DNA of 64,000 nucleotides, taken from the human T2T-CHM13v2.0 reference genome, Homo sapiens. The notes under the pieces are model-generated. The model was not told the origin of the DNA. It did no database searches and saw only the letters and a program-made list of their open reading frames with translations. The DNA lies in the NCBI RefSeq assembly GCF_009914755.1, contig NC_060928.1; one strand, given 5' to 3'. Both the position numbers and the translations under genes were made by a program. Shown one piece after another: positions 39,089 to 50,789 of the stretch; the first letter of the stretch is position 1, and each line of letters begins with the position of its first letter.

Positions 39089-39415
39089 ACCAACATTCCT
39101 TGACTTACGATGGCTTGACCTATATTTTTCCACTTTACGATGATGTGAAAGCAATAAACATTAAGTAGAAACCATATTTTGATTTTTGAATAAAAATCCT
39201 TTCTAATAACTTTATTAGAAAGTAGGCTATGTATTAGATGATTTTGCCTAACTGTAGACTAATGTAAGTGTCCCACGAATGTTTAACCTAGGCTAGGTTA
39301 AGCTATGATGTTTGGTAAGCTAGGTTTACTAAGTGCATTTTTGACTTACATTATTTTCAACTTACAGTAGGTTTCTTGGGATGTATCCCCATTATAAATC
39401 AGGAAGCATATGTGT
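39089..39415 (-). mobile_element. Tigger-derived MITE (MER47A-like) inside an L1MA 3' end (~38930-39445)
   Basis: tcctTGACTTACGATGG terminus; aacctaggctaggttaagctatgatgtttggt internal motif. Confidence 0.65.
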
Positions 39416-39668
39416 ATACAGTTTTTATTTGTCGATTAAAAACACAAATAATTTTTTAAAAAACACATAAAACACGAATGAAAAACCCCAGAAACCTTGT
39501 ACTTCAAGTCAGGAAGGTCAGACTCTGATTCTGTTTCCATCATAAATACCTGTATGACAGTGAAAACAACAAGAAAAACAACAGCAAAAAAGAAATACTA
39601 TGCATGACCACAATAGCACAAAAGCAGGAGTGGGGTAAATGTCCATTTGTGTGTGTGTGCGTGTGTAT

Positions 39669-40102
39669 TTTCACTCGAGTCCGTGTGAAGAGACCAGCAA
39701 ACAGGCTTTGTGTGAGCAACATGGCTGTCTATTTCACCTGGGTGCAGGCGGGCTGAGTCCAAAAAGAGAGTCAGCGAAGGGACATAGGGGTGGGGCCATT
39801 TTATAGGATTTGGGAAGGTAATGGAAAATTACAGTCAAAGGGCGTTGTTCGCTGGTGGGCAGGGGCGGGGGTCACAAGGTGCTCAGTCGGGGAGCTTCTG
39901 AGCCAGGAGAAGGAAATTCACAGGGTTAATCACTCAGCTAAGGTGGGGCAGGAACAAATCACAATGGTGGAATGTCATCTGTTAAGGCAGGGCAGGGCCT
40001 TTTTACTTCTTTTGTGATTCTTCAGTTACTTCAGGCCATCTGGGCATATACATGCAAGTCACAGGGGATGCGATGGCTTGGCTTGGGCTCAGAGGCCCGA
40101 CA
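39669..40102 (-). mobile_element. LTR7 (3' LTR of HERV-H)
   Basis: Near-identical to 44940-45373 (11 substitutions by hand count); adjacent PPT aatataagaaggcaggaa on the minus strand. Confidence 0.97.
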
Positions 40103-41955
40103 TTCCTGCCTTCTTATATTAATAAGAAAAATAAAACAAAATAGTGTTGAAGTGTTGGGGCGGCGAAAATTTTTGCAGGTGGTATGGAGAGAGAATGGGC
40201 GATGTTTCTCAGGGCTGCTTTGAGTGGGATTAGGGGCGGTGTGGGAACCTAGAGTGGGAGAGATTAAGCTGAAGAAAGATCTTGCGGTAAGGGGTGATAC
40301 TGTGGGGTTGTTAGAAGAAACATTTGTCATATAGAATGATTGGTGATGGCCTGGATACGGTTTTGTATGAATTGAAAAACTAAATGGAATAAGAGAAGGA
40401 GAAAAACAGGTATAAAAGGTCTAAGAATTGGGAGGACCTAGGACATCTGATTAGAGAGTGCCCAAGGAGGTTCAGCATAGCCTTGCCAGCAAAGATTATT
40501 TATTTACTTCAAGAGTTTAGAGTGGCAGTTTGGGGATAGCACCAGGAGATATCAGCTGTGATGGCTTGGAGAAACAGTGTAAACCGGCAGTGTAAACAAG
40601 AGCAGGGCATGTATGAGTAGTTGAGAATGGTGAATAGGAGTATGACTAGACAGAAGATAGTAGGGATGACAAGTTTTTTTGGGGCACAGTCTAAGTTGGT
40701 CTGGTGTCGAATGAGACTGGGGCCTAATAAAAAGGAGCATCTATACAGGAGCTTAAATGGGCTGTATCCTGTAACATTCTGAGGACAGGCCTGAATTCTG
40801 AGAAGCGAAAGTGGTAAAAGTATTGTCCAGTCCTTTTTAAGTTGGTGGCTGAGCTTGGTGAGGTGTGTTTTTAAAAGACCTTTAGTCCATTCTACTTTTC
40901 TTGAAGACGGAGGACCGTAAAGGATGTAAAGGTTTCACTGAATACTAAGGGCCTGAAAAACTGCTTGGCTGATTTGACTAATAAAGGCTGGTCTGTTATC
41001 AGACTGTATAGAGGTGGGAAGGCTAAACTGAGGAATTATGTCTGACAGAAGGGAAGAAATGACTGCGGTGGCCTTCTCAGACCCTGTAGGAAAGGCCTTT
41101 ACTTATTCAGTGAAAGTGTCTATTCAGCCTAAGAGGTATTTTAGTTTCCTGGCTCCGGAATGTTGAGTAAAGCTAATTTGCCAGTCCTGGGTGGGGGCAA
41201 ATCCTCAAGCTTGATGTGTAGGGAAGGGAGGGGGCCTGAATAATCCCTGAGGAGTAGTAGAATAGCAGATGGAACACTGAGAAGTTATTTCCTTGAGGAT
41301 AGATTTCCAGGATGGAAAGGAAATGAGAGGTTCTGAGAGGCGGGCTAGTGGCTTGTACTACAGCATAGCCTGCCTTTGCTTGTGTGTGGCGATTAGGCCT
41401 GGTGGAACTGCCATCAATAAATCAAGCGTGATCAGGGTGGGGAACAGGAAAGAAGGAAATATGGGGAAATGGTGAATATCAGGTGGATCAGAGAGATACA
41501 GTCATGGGGGTCAGGTGTGGTATCAGGAATAATGTGAGAGGCCTTATTGAAGTCCGGGCCAGGAACAATGGTAATTGTAGGACTTAAAGAGTGAGTACAG
41601 CTGAAGGAGCCAGGGAGCAGAAAGTATATGCATCAGGTATGAGGAAGAAAATAGATTTTGGAAGTTATGAGAAATGTAGAGAGTGAGTTGAGCATAGTTT
41701 GTGATTTTTAGGGCCTCTAACGGTATTAAAGCAGCGGCAGCCGCTGCACGCAGACATGAGGGCTAGGCTAAAACAGTAAGGTCAAGTTGTTTGGACAGAA
41801 AGGCTACAGGGTGCGGTCCTGGCTCTTGTGTAAGAATTCTGACTGCACCAACTATGCCTAGGAAGGAAGGGAGTTGTTGTTTTGTAGAAGGTGCTGGGGT
41901 TTGAGAGATCAGTCTGACAAGAATGGCAGGGAGAGCATGTGTGTTTTTATGAGAA

Positions 41956-42474
41956 TTATGCCAAGATAGGTAACAGATGAGGAAGAAATTTGGGCTTGAT
42001 TGAAATAATGGGGGCTGTCTGTGAAGGTTTGCGGCAGTACAGCCTAGGTAATTTGCTGAGCTTGATGGGTGTCAGGGTCAGTCCAAGTGAAAGCGAAGAG
42101 AGGCTGGGATTAAGGGTGCAAAGGAATAGTAAAGAAAGCATGTTTGAGATCTAGAACAGAATAATGGGTTGTAGAGGCAGGATTGAGGATAGGAGAGTAT
42201 ATGGTTTTGGCACCACGGGGTGGATAGGCAAAACAATTTGGTTGATAAGGCATAGATCCTGAACTAAGTTGTAAGGCTTGTCTGGTTTTAGGACAGGTAA
42301 AATGGGTGAATTGTAAGGAGAGTTTATAGGCTTTAAAAGGCCGTGCTGTAGCAGGCCAGTGATAACAGGCTTTAATCTTTTTAAAGCGTGCTGTGGGATG
42401 GGATATTGGCGTTGAGTGAGGTAAGGGTGATTAGGTTTTAATGAGATGGTAAGGGGTGCATGATCGGTCACCAA
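41956..42474 (-). pseudogene. pol: HERV-H pol (RT N-terminal) remnant
   Basis: QYPIPQHAL...SPYNSPILPVLKPDKPYNLVQDL..INQIV; frameshifted and deleted. Confidence 0.85.
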
Positions 42475-43032
42475 GGAGGGAGTAGAGGTATCTTATACTT
42501 GTGGGTTAAGTTGGGGAGATACAAGAGGAGGATGCAAAGGAGGCTTTGGATTGGGAAGAAGGGCGGCAATGAGATATAGCTGTAGTCCAGGAATAGTCAG
42601 GGAAGCAGATAATTTAGTTAAAGTGTCTCAGCCTAATAAGGGAACTGGGCAGGTGGGGATAACTAAAAAGGAGTGCTTAAAAGAGTATTGTCTAAGTTGG
42701 CACCAGAGTTGGGGAGTTTTAAGAGGTTTAGAAGCCTGGCCGTCAATACCCACAACAGTTATGGAGGCAACGGAAATAGGCCCTTAAAAAGAAGGTAATG
42801 TGGAGTGGGTAGCCTCCATATTGATTAAGAAGGGGACGGGCTTACCTTCCACTGTGAGAGTTACCTGAAGCTCGGCGTCCATGATGGTCTAGGGGGCTTC
42901 CGAGGCAATCGGGCAGTGTCAGTCTTCAGCCGCTAAGCCGAGAAGATCTGGGAAGGAGTCAGTCAGAGAGCCTTGGGCCAGAGTTCCAGGGGCTCTGGGA
43001 GTGGCTGCCAGGTGAGTTGAACAGTCCGATTT

Positions 43033-43526
43033 TCAGTGGGGTCCCACACAGATGGGACGTGGCTTAGGAGGAATCCTGGGCTGCCGGCAGTCCTTGGCCT
43101 GGTGGTCAGATTTCTGGCACTTGTAGCAAGCTCCTGGGGGAGGAGGTTCTGGAGGAATGCCTGACTGCTGCGGTTCAGGGGTTTGGAAGTTCTTGTGTGC
43201 TGGAGATGTGGCTGGGCTTTGTCTCACAGTGGAGGCAAGGAATTGCAACTTTTTTTTATTATTGTACACCTTGAAGGTGAGGTTAATTAAGTCCTGTTGT
43301 GGGGTTTGAGGGCCAGATTCCAATTTTTGGGGTTTTATTTAATGTTAGGAGCAGATTGGGTAATAAAATGTATATTGAGAATAAGATGGCCTTTTGACCT
43401 TTTAGGGTCTAGGGCTGTGAAGCGTCTCAGGGTTGCTGCCAAACGAGCCATGAACTGGGCTGGGTTTTTATATTTGATGAAAAAGAGCCTAAACGCTTCT
43501 GATTTGGCATAAAGAAAAAGGAGCAT
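43033..43526 (-). pseudogene. gag: HERV-H gag remnant (capsid C-terminus, nucleocapsid)
   Basis: NPAQFMARLAATLRRFTALDP...HFITQSAP and CCHC knuckle CYKCQKSDHQAKDC. Confidence 0.88.
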
Positions 43527-44223
43527 TAACCTTGACTATGCCTTTGGCTCCAGCCACTTTTTTAAGAGTAAATTGCTGGGCAGGTGGGGGAGGGCTAGTC
43601 ACAGAATGAAACTGTAAGCAGGACCAGGTGTGAGGAGGGGAGGTGATAAAAAGATTGCAGGGTGGAGGAGCGGAGGCTGAGGAAGAATTGGGACGTAGCT
43701 TGGCCTGGCAAGGAGGGGAGAGGTCAGATGGGTCTGTAGAAAAGGAAGATTAGAAAGACTCAGCGATGCTTGGGGTTGGGACTGAGGGGACAGGCAGGAG
43801 GGAAAGAAGGAAGATTTGGGAGAAGTTGCACTGGGCACAGAGACTAGGAAGGGACTATTGTGTAAAAGAATGCCTGGATGTCAGGCACCTCAGACCATTT
43901 GCCCATTTTACGAAAAGAATTATTTAGATCTTGTAGGATGGAAAAATTGGAAGTGCCATTTTCTGGCTATTTGGAACTACTGTCAAGTTTGTATTGGGGT
44001 CAAGTGGCATTGCAGAAGAAAATAAGATGCTTAGATTTTAGGTCAGGTGAGAGTTGAAGAGGTTTTAAATTCTTAAGAATATAGGCTAAAGGAGAAGAAG
44101 GAGGAATGGAAGGTGGAAGGTTGCCCATAGTGAAGGAGGCAAACCCAGAGAAAAGAGAGCATAGAGACACGGAGGGAAGGGGTTCGGGGGTTCTTATCCT
44201 CCAGAAAAGTGGGAAGGGGGGTT

Positions 44224-44330
44224 GGGGCACGGAAATAAGGGATTGGGGCACAGAGATAAGAGGTTGGGGTGTGGAAATAAGGGATTGGGGCACAGAGATA
44301 AGAGGTCAGGGTGTGGAAATAAGGGATTGG
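44224..44330. repeat. HERV-H leader tandem repeat, five alternating 21-bp units
   Basis: ggggcacggaaataagggatt / ggggcacagagataagaggtt alternation. Confidence 0.85.
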
Positions 44331-44919
44331 GGGTTCTTGCCTCCTAGAAAAGCAGGACTTGCCACTAAGGGTGAAGGAGAAGGGGTTGAGGGGTACTTGC
44401 CCCTCCCCCAGAAAAGCAGAGAAGGGGTAGAGACACAGAGAGAAGGGGTTGGGGTACTTGCCCCTTCCCCAGAAAAGCAGGACTTGCCACTAAGGGTGAA
44501 GGACCAAGGCAGGCGTCCCTGCGTGGTCTGACACCTTTGAAACATGGGTGAATAATCAGAGAGGCATCCCTGCAGTGATTTAACACCAAGGGAAGGCTGC
44601 CTTCCCAGTCCGTGACTGGCGCCGGAGTTTTGGGTCCACGGATAAAACGTGTCTCCTTTGTCTCTACCAGAAAATGAAAGGAATTGAAATTAAGAGAAGG
44701 GAGAGATTGAAGTGTGGCACCAAGATTGAAAGGAGAAAGAGGTTGAGGGACAGTGAGGGAAGCTGGAGAAAAGAGTAAAAAGAGGCCGCTTACCGGATTT
44801 GAAATTGGTGAGATGTTTCTTGGGCTGGTTGGTCTGAGGACCTGAGGTTGTAGGTGGATCTTTCTCACAGAGCAAAGTGTAGGAGGACGGGGGATTGATC
44901 TCCCAAGGGAGGTCCCCCG

Positions 44920-44939
44920 ATCCTAGTCACGGCACCAAA
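44920..44939 (-). promoter_or_regulatory. tRNA-His primer binding site of HERV-H
   Basis: Minus strand tttggtgccgtgactaggat immediately after the 5' LTR. Confidence 0.9.
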
Positions 44940-45373
44940 TTTCACTCGAGTCAGTGTGAAGAGACCAGCAAACAGGCTTTGTGTGAGCAACATGGCTGTC
45001 TATTTCACCTGGGTGCAGGCGGGCTGAGTCCGAAAAGAGAGTCAGCGAAGGGAGATAGGGGTGGGGCCGTTTTATAGGATTTGGGAAGGTAATGGAAAAT
45101 TACAGTCAAAGGGGGTTGTTCTCTGGTGGGCAGGGGCGGGGGTCACAAGGTGCTCAGTGGGGGAGCTTCTGAGCCAGGAGAAGGAAATTCACAGGGTTAA
45201 TCACTCAGCTAAGGTGGGGCAGGAACAAATCACAATGGTGGAATGTCATCTGTTAAGGCAGGGCAGGGCGTTTTCACTTCTTTTGTGATTCTTCAGTTAC
45301 TTCAGGCCATCTGGGCATATACATGCAAGTCACAGGGGATGCGATGGCTTGGCTTGGGTTCAGAGGCCTGACA
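44940..45373 (-). promoter_or_regulatory. LTR7 (5' LTR; promoter directed toward lower coordinates)
   Basis: Starts tgtcaggcctctga; TATA-like cctataaaacggcccc; followed by the PBS. Confidence 0.95.
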
Positions 45374-46029
45374 TGTATGTGTGTGTGTGTATGTGTGCTT
45401 TAAAATATAAGGCTTTATTAAGGGTTTAAACTGTCAATTTGAGACAGGATTGAAATTTTACCATGAAGGTCTTAGGATGGCTTGTGCAAGCCCACAGAGC
45501 AAATAAAAACCACATACATCATAAAAATCATCTGAATGGGGCGCCAGAAAAGTCACAGTTCAGAGTGTTAGTGATTTGTAACTCCTGGGTGCAGAGTAGT
45601 GTACCTAAGGGCCCTAATCCCTGTCCTTTGCAGGTGTTCAAGTCAGGGAGTTCAGGTTCCTTGCAATCAGATTTTTGCCTCAGTGGTTGTATCTGCTTCA
45701 GCAGTCATCTGTGATTGTCAAGTTGAAATTTTGCTCTTCCTCAGCCATCAGAAGTGCCTGGTTTCATCACCAAATTCAGCTTTGGGGTAAATGAAATTAA
45801 GATAAGATCTCTTTGTTCTCTAGAAATACTACATTAATAAGTCAAGGATGAATATTGTAATTTTTAGGCTAACCATTAAAAGAACTGATGATAACCATAT
45901 ATATTACAAGCTAATGGACAATTAACTTAGTGGGTGAAATGTAATTGCAAGGGTCCTGTACAGTATGTTCAATGATGATTATAACCCTCTCTTCTGGAAT
46001 GGGAGCAAAACAATAATTCACTATCATTA

Positions 46030-46200
46030 TAGTTGACTCTTGAACAATGTGGAGGTTGGGGCACCAACCCCTTGCACAGCTAAAAATTGATATATGACTT
46101 TTGACTCCCCAAAAACATAATCGCTAATAGCCTACTGTTGACCAGAGCTTTATTGGTAACATAAACAAGCAATTAACATGTATTTTGTATATTGTACGTA
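46030..46200. mobile_element. Tigger2/MER8-like DNA transposon end
   Basis: agttgactcttgaacaa...ttttgactccccaaaaac...aatagcctactgttgacc. Confidence 0.7.
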
Positions 46201-46260
46201 CTGTAGATCTGTTGAGCATTTTGCTAGAATTCTTAGTAAAAAATAGCAAAAAAAAAATGT

Positions 46261-48750
46261 TTATTCTAAAAGGTTTTTTAGGTGGAGCTTTTAGGATTTT
46301 CTGTATGTAAGATTATGTCATCTGCAAACAGGGCAATTTAAATTCTTCCTTTCCAATTTGGTCACCTTTTGTTTCTTTTTCTTGTCTAATTGCTCTAGGC
46401 AGGTCCTTCAGCATTGTGCTGAATAGAAATGGTGAGAGTGGGAACCCTTGTTTTGTTCTTGATCTTAGAGGAAAAGCTTTCAGCTTTTCTTCATTGAGTA
46501 TGATATTAGCCCAGGGCTTGTCAAAAATGGCATTTAGTATTTTGTGGCCCATTCCCTCTGTACCTAATTTATTGAGAGTTTTTTTTAATCATAAAATAAT
46601 GTTGAAGTTTGTCAAATAATTTTTTTCTGCATTTATTGAGATGATCATATGTTTTTTGTCTTTCATTCTGTCAATTGGTTTACCACATTTATTTGTGATG
46701 ATGAACCATCCTTCCATACCACTTAATCATGGTGTATGATCATTTAAGTATGCTGCTGAATTTGCTTTGATAATATTTTGTTGAGAGTCTTTCACATTTA
46801 TGTTCATTAGGGATTTTGGCCTGTAATTTCTTTTATTGAGGCATCTTAATCTGGTTTTGATATTCAGGATACAAAATTAATATAAAAAATCAGTTGCATA
46901 GCTATACACTAACAAAGAACTATTTGAAAAAGAAGTTAAGAAAATGATCTTATTTACAAACACAAGAAAAAGAATAAAATACTTAAAAGTAAATTTGGTG
47001 AAGGAGCTGAAAGGTCTGTACACTAAAAGCTATAAGATATTGATAGAAGAAATTGAAGAAGACACAAATAAATGGAAATATATTTAATCTTCATGAATAA
47101 GAATAGTTAATATTATTAAAATGTCCATATTACCCAAGGTGATCTACAAATCAGTGCAATTCTCATCAATATTCCAATGGCATTTTTCATAGAAATAGAA
47201 ATACAATCCTTAAATCCACATGGAACCACAAAAGATTCCAAATAGCCAAAGCAATCTTGTAAAAGAAGAGTAAAGCTGGAGGCATTACACTCCCAAATTT
47301 CAAACTATATTACTAAGCTATAGTAATCAAAACAGTATCGTTCTGGCTTAAAAGCAGATGCATAAACTAATGGAACAGAAAGGGCAGCTCAGAAATAACC
47401 CCATGCATATATGGTCTACTAATCTTTAACAAGGGTGCCAAAAGTCCACAACAAAGAAAGGAAACTCTCTTAAATAAAGGACACAGAAAAATCTGAATTA
47501 TCAACATGCAAAATAATAAAATTGAACCTTTATCTTATAGCATATATAAAAATAAACTCAAAATAGTTAAAAGATCTAAATATAAGACCTGAAACCAAAA
47601 AACTTCTAGAATATGGGAAAAAAGCCTTCTGGCATTGGTCTTATTAATGATTCTTTTAATATAATACCCAAAATAAAGTTATCAAAAGCAAAAGTAAACT
47701 AGTGAGACTACATCAAAATAACAAGCTTCTGCATGACAAAGAAAACAATAAAATAAAAAGGCAACTTACAGAATGGGAGAAAATATTTGCAAACCATGTA
47801 TCTTATAAGGGATTAATCTCCAAAATGTATAAGGAACTCACACAACTCAAGAAAACAACCTTATAAAAAATCAGCATAGGATAAATGAACAGACATTTTT
47901 CCAAAGTATACAAATGGCCAACAGGTATACAAAAAGATGCTCAACATAATTAATCATCAGAAAAATTAAAATGAGAAATACAATTAGATATCATTTTACA
48001 CCTGTTGGATGGCTAATATAAAAATGTCAGGAGATAACAAGTGTTGGCAAAGGTGTGGAGAAAAGGGAAGCTTCATATATTTGAGTGGGAGTGCAAATTA
48101 GTACAGCTATTATGGAAAGCAGTATGGAGGTTCCTTAAAAAATTAAAAATAGAACTACTGTATGACTTAGAAATCCCGCTTCTGTGTTTATATTTAAAAT
48201 AAATTAAATCAGTATCTGGAAGATATATCTACACCCTCATGTTTATTACAGCCCTATCTACAATAGCTAATATATGGAAACAACCATAGTGTTAATCATT
48301 GAATGTATGGATAAAGAAAATGTGGTATATACCATGGGATATTATTCAGCCATAAAAAGGAAGAAAATTCTGCTATTTGTGACAATATAGATGAACCTGC
48401 AAGACACTGTGTTAAGTGAAATTAGCCAGGCACAGAAAGGCAAATTTTGAATGATTTCACTTATACTTGGAATCTGTGAAAGTCTGACTTGTAGAAAGAG
48501 AGAGTGGCATGGTAGTTGTCTGGGCCTGGCAAGTGGGGAAAAAGGGGAGAAGTTTATTAAAGGTACAAGCTTTTCATTATAAGATAATTAAGTTTTAGGG
48601 ATCTCTTGCATAACATGAGTACTGATGGATGCATTAATTTGATTGGGACAATCAGTGCATAATGTATATGTGTATGAAATCATCATGTTGTACAACTTCA
48701 ATATACACAATCTTTATTTGCCAATTAGATATTTTAAGATAAATAAATAA
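46261..48750 (+). mobile_element. L1MA-type element with 5' inversion (inverted ~46261-46868, sense ~46865-48750); copy D
   Basis: Minus ORF 46313-46552 ([19 protein letters not shown]) switches at tatt|cagg|atacaaaatt to sense ORF2, 3' UTR and A-rich tail. Confidence 0.8.
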
Positions 48751-48779
48751 GACATGGAGAAAGAAAAAAAGCAAGAGAA

Positions 48780-50480
48780 AAATGAAATGTTAAAGAATTG
48801 GAAAGGAAGAAATGAAATTGTCACAATTTGCAGATGACTGATGCTGTTTGTAGAATACCCTAAAGAATCTATGGACATATTTTCAGAACATATGAGTGAA
48901 GAAGCAAGTCATCCAGATTCAAGATGAACATACACACATCAATTGTGTTTCTATATACCAGAAGAGATAGGATAAAATTAAAAATTCATATAAAATCAAT
49001 ATAGCATCTGAAATGGAGTATTATGAATAATTTAATTACTTCTACACAGAAAACTTATCAGTCATTATTGGGGAGAATAGAAAACCTAAGTAAATGGACA
49101 TATATATAGTGGTTGTGAATTAAAAACTCAATATTGTTTTTAATGTCAACTTTGCTCAAATTTATTCTTACATTCAATGCAATCTCATTCAAAGTTGATC
49201 AGATTTTCTTGTTGAGAATGCAAAGCTAATTCAAAACTTTGTAGAACTCAGAATAGCCAAGACAGTCTTTACGAGGTAAAAGAAAAGAGTTGGAAGAGTT
49301 TCACTAACACATTAGTACTTTACTATACAGTTACAGTAATCAAGACGTTGTGATAATGAAACACAAACAAACAGACCAATGTAATAAAATAGCATCCAGA
49401 AAAACACCTGCACATCTTCATACTGCCACCTGATTTAAAACAAAATGCCACTTCAATTCAGTGGGAGAAAAGCTGGTCTTTTAAATAAATTATGTTCGAG
49501 CAATTAAATATGTGCAAAAAATGAATTTTGATACCTATCTCACATTATACACAGAGATTATTTTGTACAGAATGTAGATCTACATGTCAAAAGTAAAACA
49601 ATGACTATTCTAAAAGAAATCCAAGAAGAATATCTTCATGGGTTTTGGGTAGGCAATTGTTTATTTGGAGGACACTGTACTAACCATAAAGGAAAAGATT
49701 GGTAAATTGTAGTACATTAAAATTGAGAACTATTGTTCATCAAAAGATACCACTCAAATGTCAGAAAATTCAGGTGACAGAGTGGAAGACTATACTTAAA
49801 TGTATATAACTGATAAAGCATTCATACTTAAAAAATATATATATAAATATTCTACATATCAATTAGAAGAAACAAGTAATCCAATTTAAAAAAATGAGCA
49901 AAAATGTTAAGTGCTCACAAAAGAATAGCTCCAAATGGCCAATAAATATTTAAAAGGTGCTCAACTTTGATCATCAAATGCCATAGGTGTAGTAAGTGTT
50001 TTAAAAAGTGAGTAACCTTGTACAATAAGTGTTTTAAAAGGTGATCCACCTTAAGCGGCAATACTTGTTTTAAAAGGTGAGCAACTTTAAAAGGTGCTTA
50101 GCTTTGGTCATCAGTAAAATACAAATTTAAACAACAATGTAATTTTTTACACACCTGATAAGATGGCTAACATAGAAAATTACAGCAATACAAAGGTAAT
50201 TGAAGATGTGGAGCCATTGGAATTTCATATGGTGTTAGTGGAAGTGTAAATTATTGCAACCAATTTTGAAAACTGGCAATACCTACTAAAGCTGAACATG
50301 CATATTTCCTACAACTCTATGACCTATGCATCTAAAACCTAGTATAAGACTATTTCATAGCATCACTGTTGGTAATAGTCCACATTAAAAACACCTCAAT
50401 TCCCATCAACCATAGATAAAAGTATGGCATACACATACAATGGAGTACTATATAGCATTAAACTAACATAAAAATTTCAA
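48780..50480 (+). mobile_element. Ancient L1ME-like ORF2 remnant
   Basis: tttgcagatgac (FADD) at ~48828 and degenerate ORF2 C-terminal sequence. Confidence 0.7.
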
Positions 50481-50789
50481 ATCTCACACAGAAAAGGAAG
50501 TTCAAAGCAGTTACTTTTAAATGTTAAAGTCTTGAGTCCAATGTTGAATTTTATTTTTGGTGAAAAGTTGGATTTGACATACTCTTATAACCTAAAATCA
50601 TCAAGCACTTTCTATTGTCATATATGTTATACATTGGGGATAGTGTAAAGGGGAATAATTTTGGAGAAAAATGCTCAATACCTATTTCTGATAAATGTTT
50701 TGTTTAAGTGTTATACACAAGTCCATGGAGAAAATCATGTTTCATAATAAAATTATCTTCTTCTTGTTAACAAAAGTTTATTAGATACA

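Larger units (their letters stand above)
39669..45373 (-). mobile_element. HERV-H provirus (common env-deleted type), 5705 bp, two LTR7
   Basis: Perfect TSD tgtat at 39664-39668 and 45374-45378 inside a (TG)n tract; 434-bp LTRs; tRNA-His PBS; PPT; gag zinc knuckle and pol RT remnants. Confidence 0.98.

Noticed and set aside
44106-44868. Repetitive W/G-rich and P-rich ORFs and a duplicated agaaaagcaggacttgccactaagggtgaagga block
   Set aside because: Ordinary HERV-H leader repeats
49995-50090. Short repeats with unlike spacers resembling a CRISPR array (also 7437-7630 and 44224-44330)
   Set aside because: Eukaryotic TE context, degenerate repeats, irregular spacers, no cas genes
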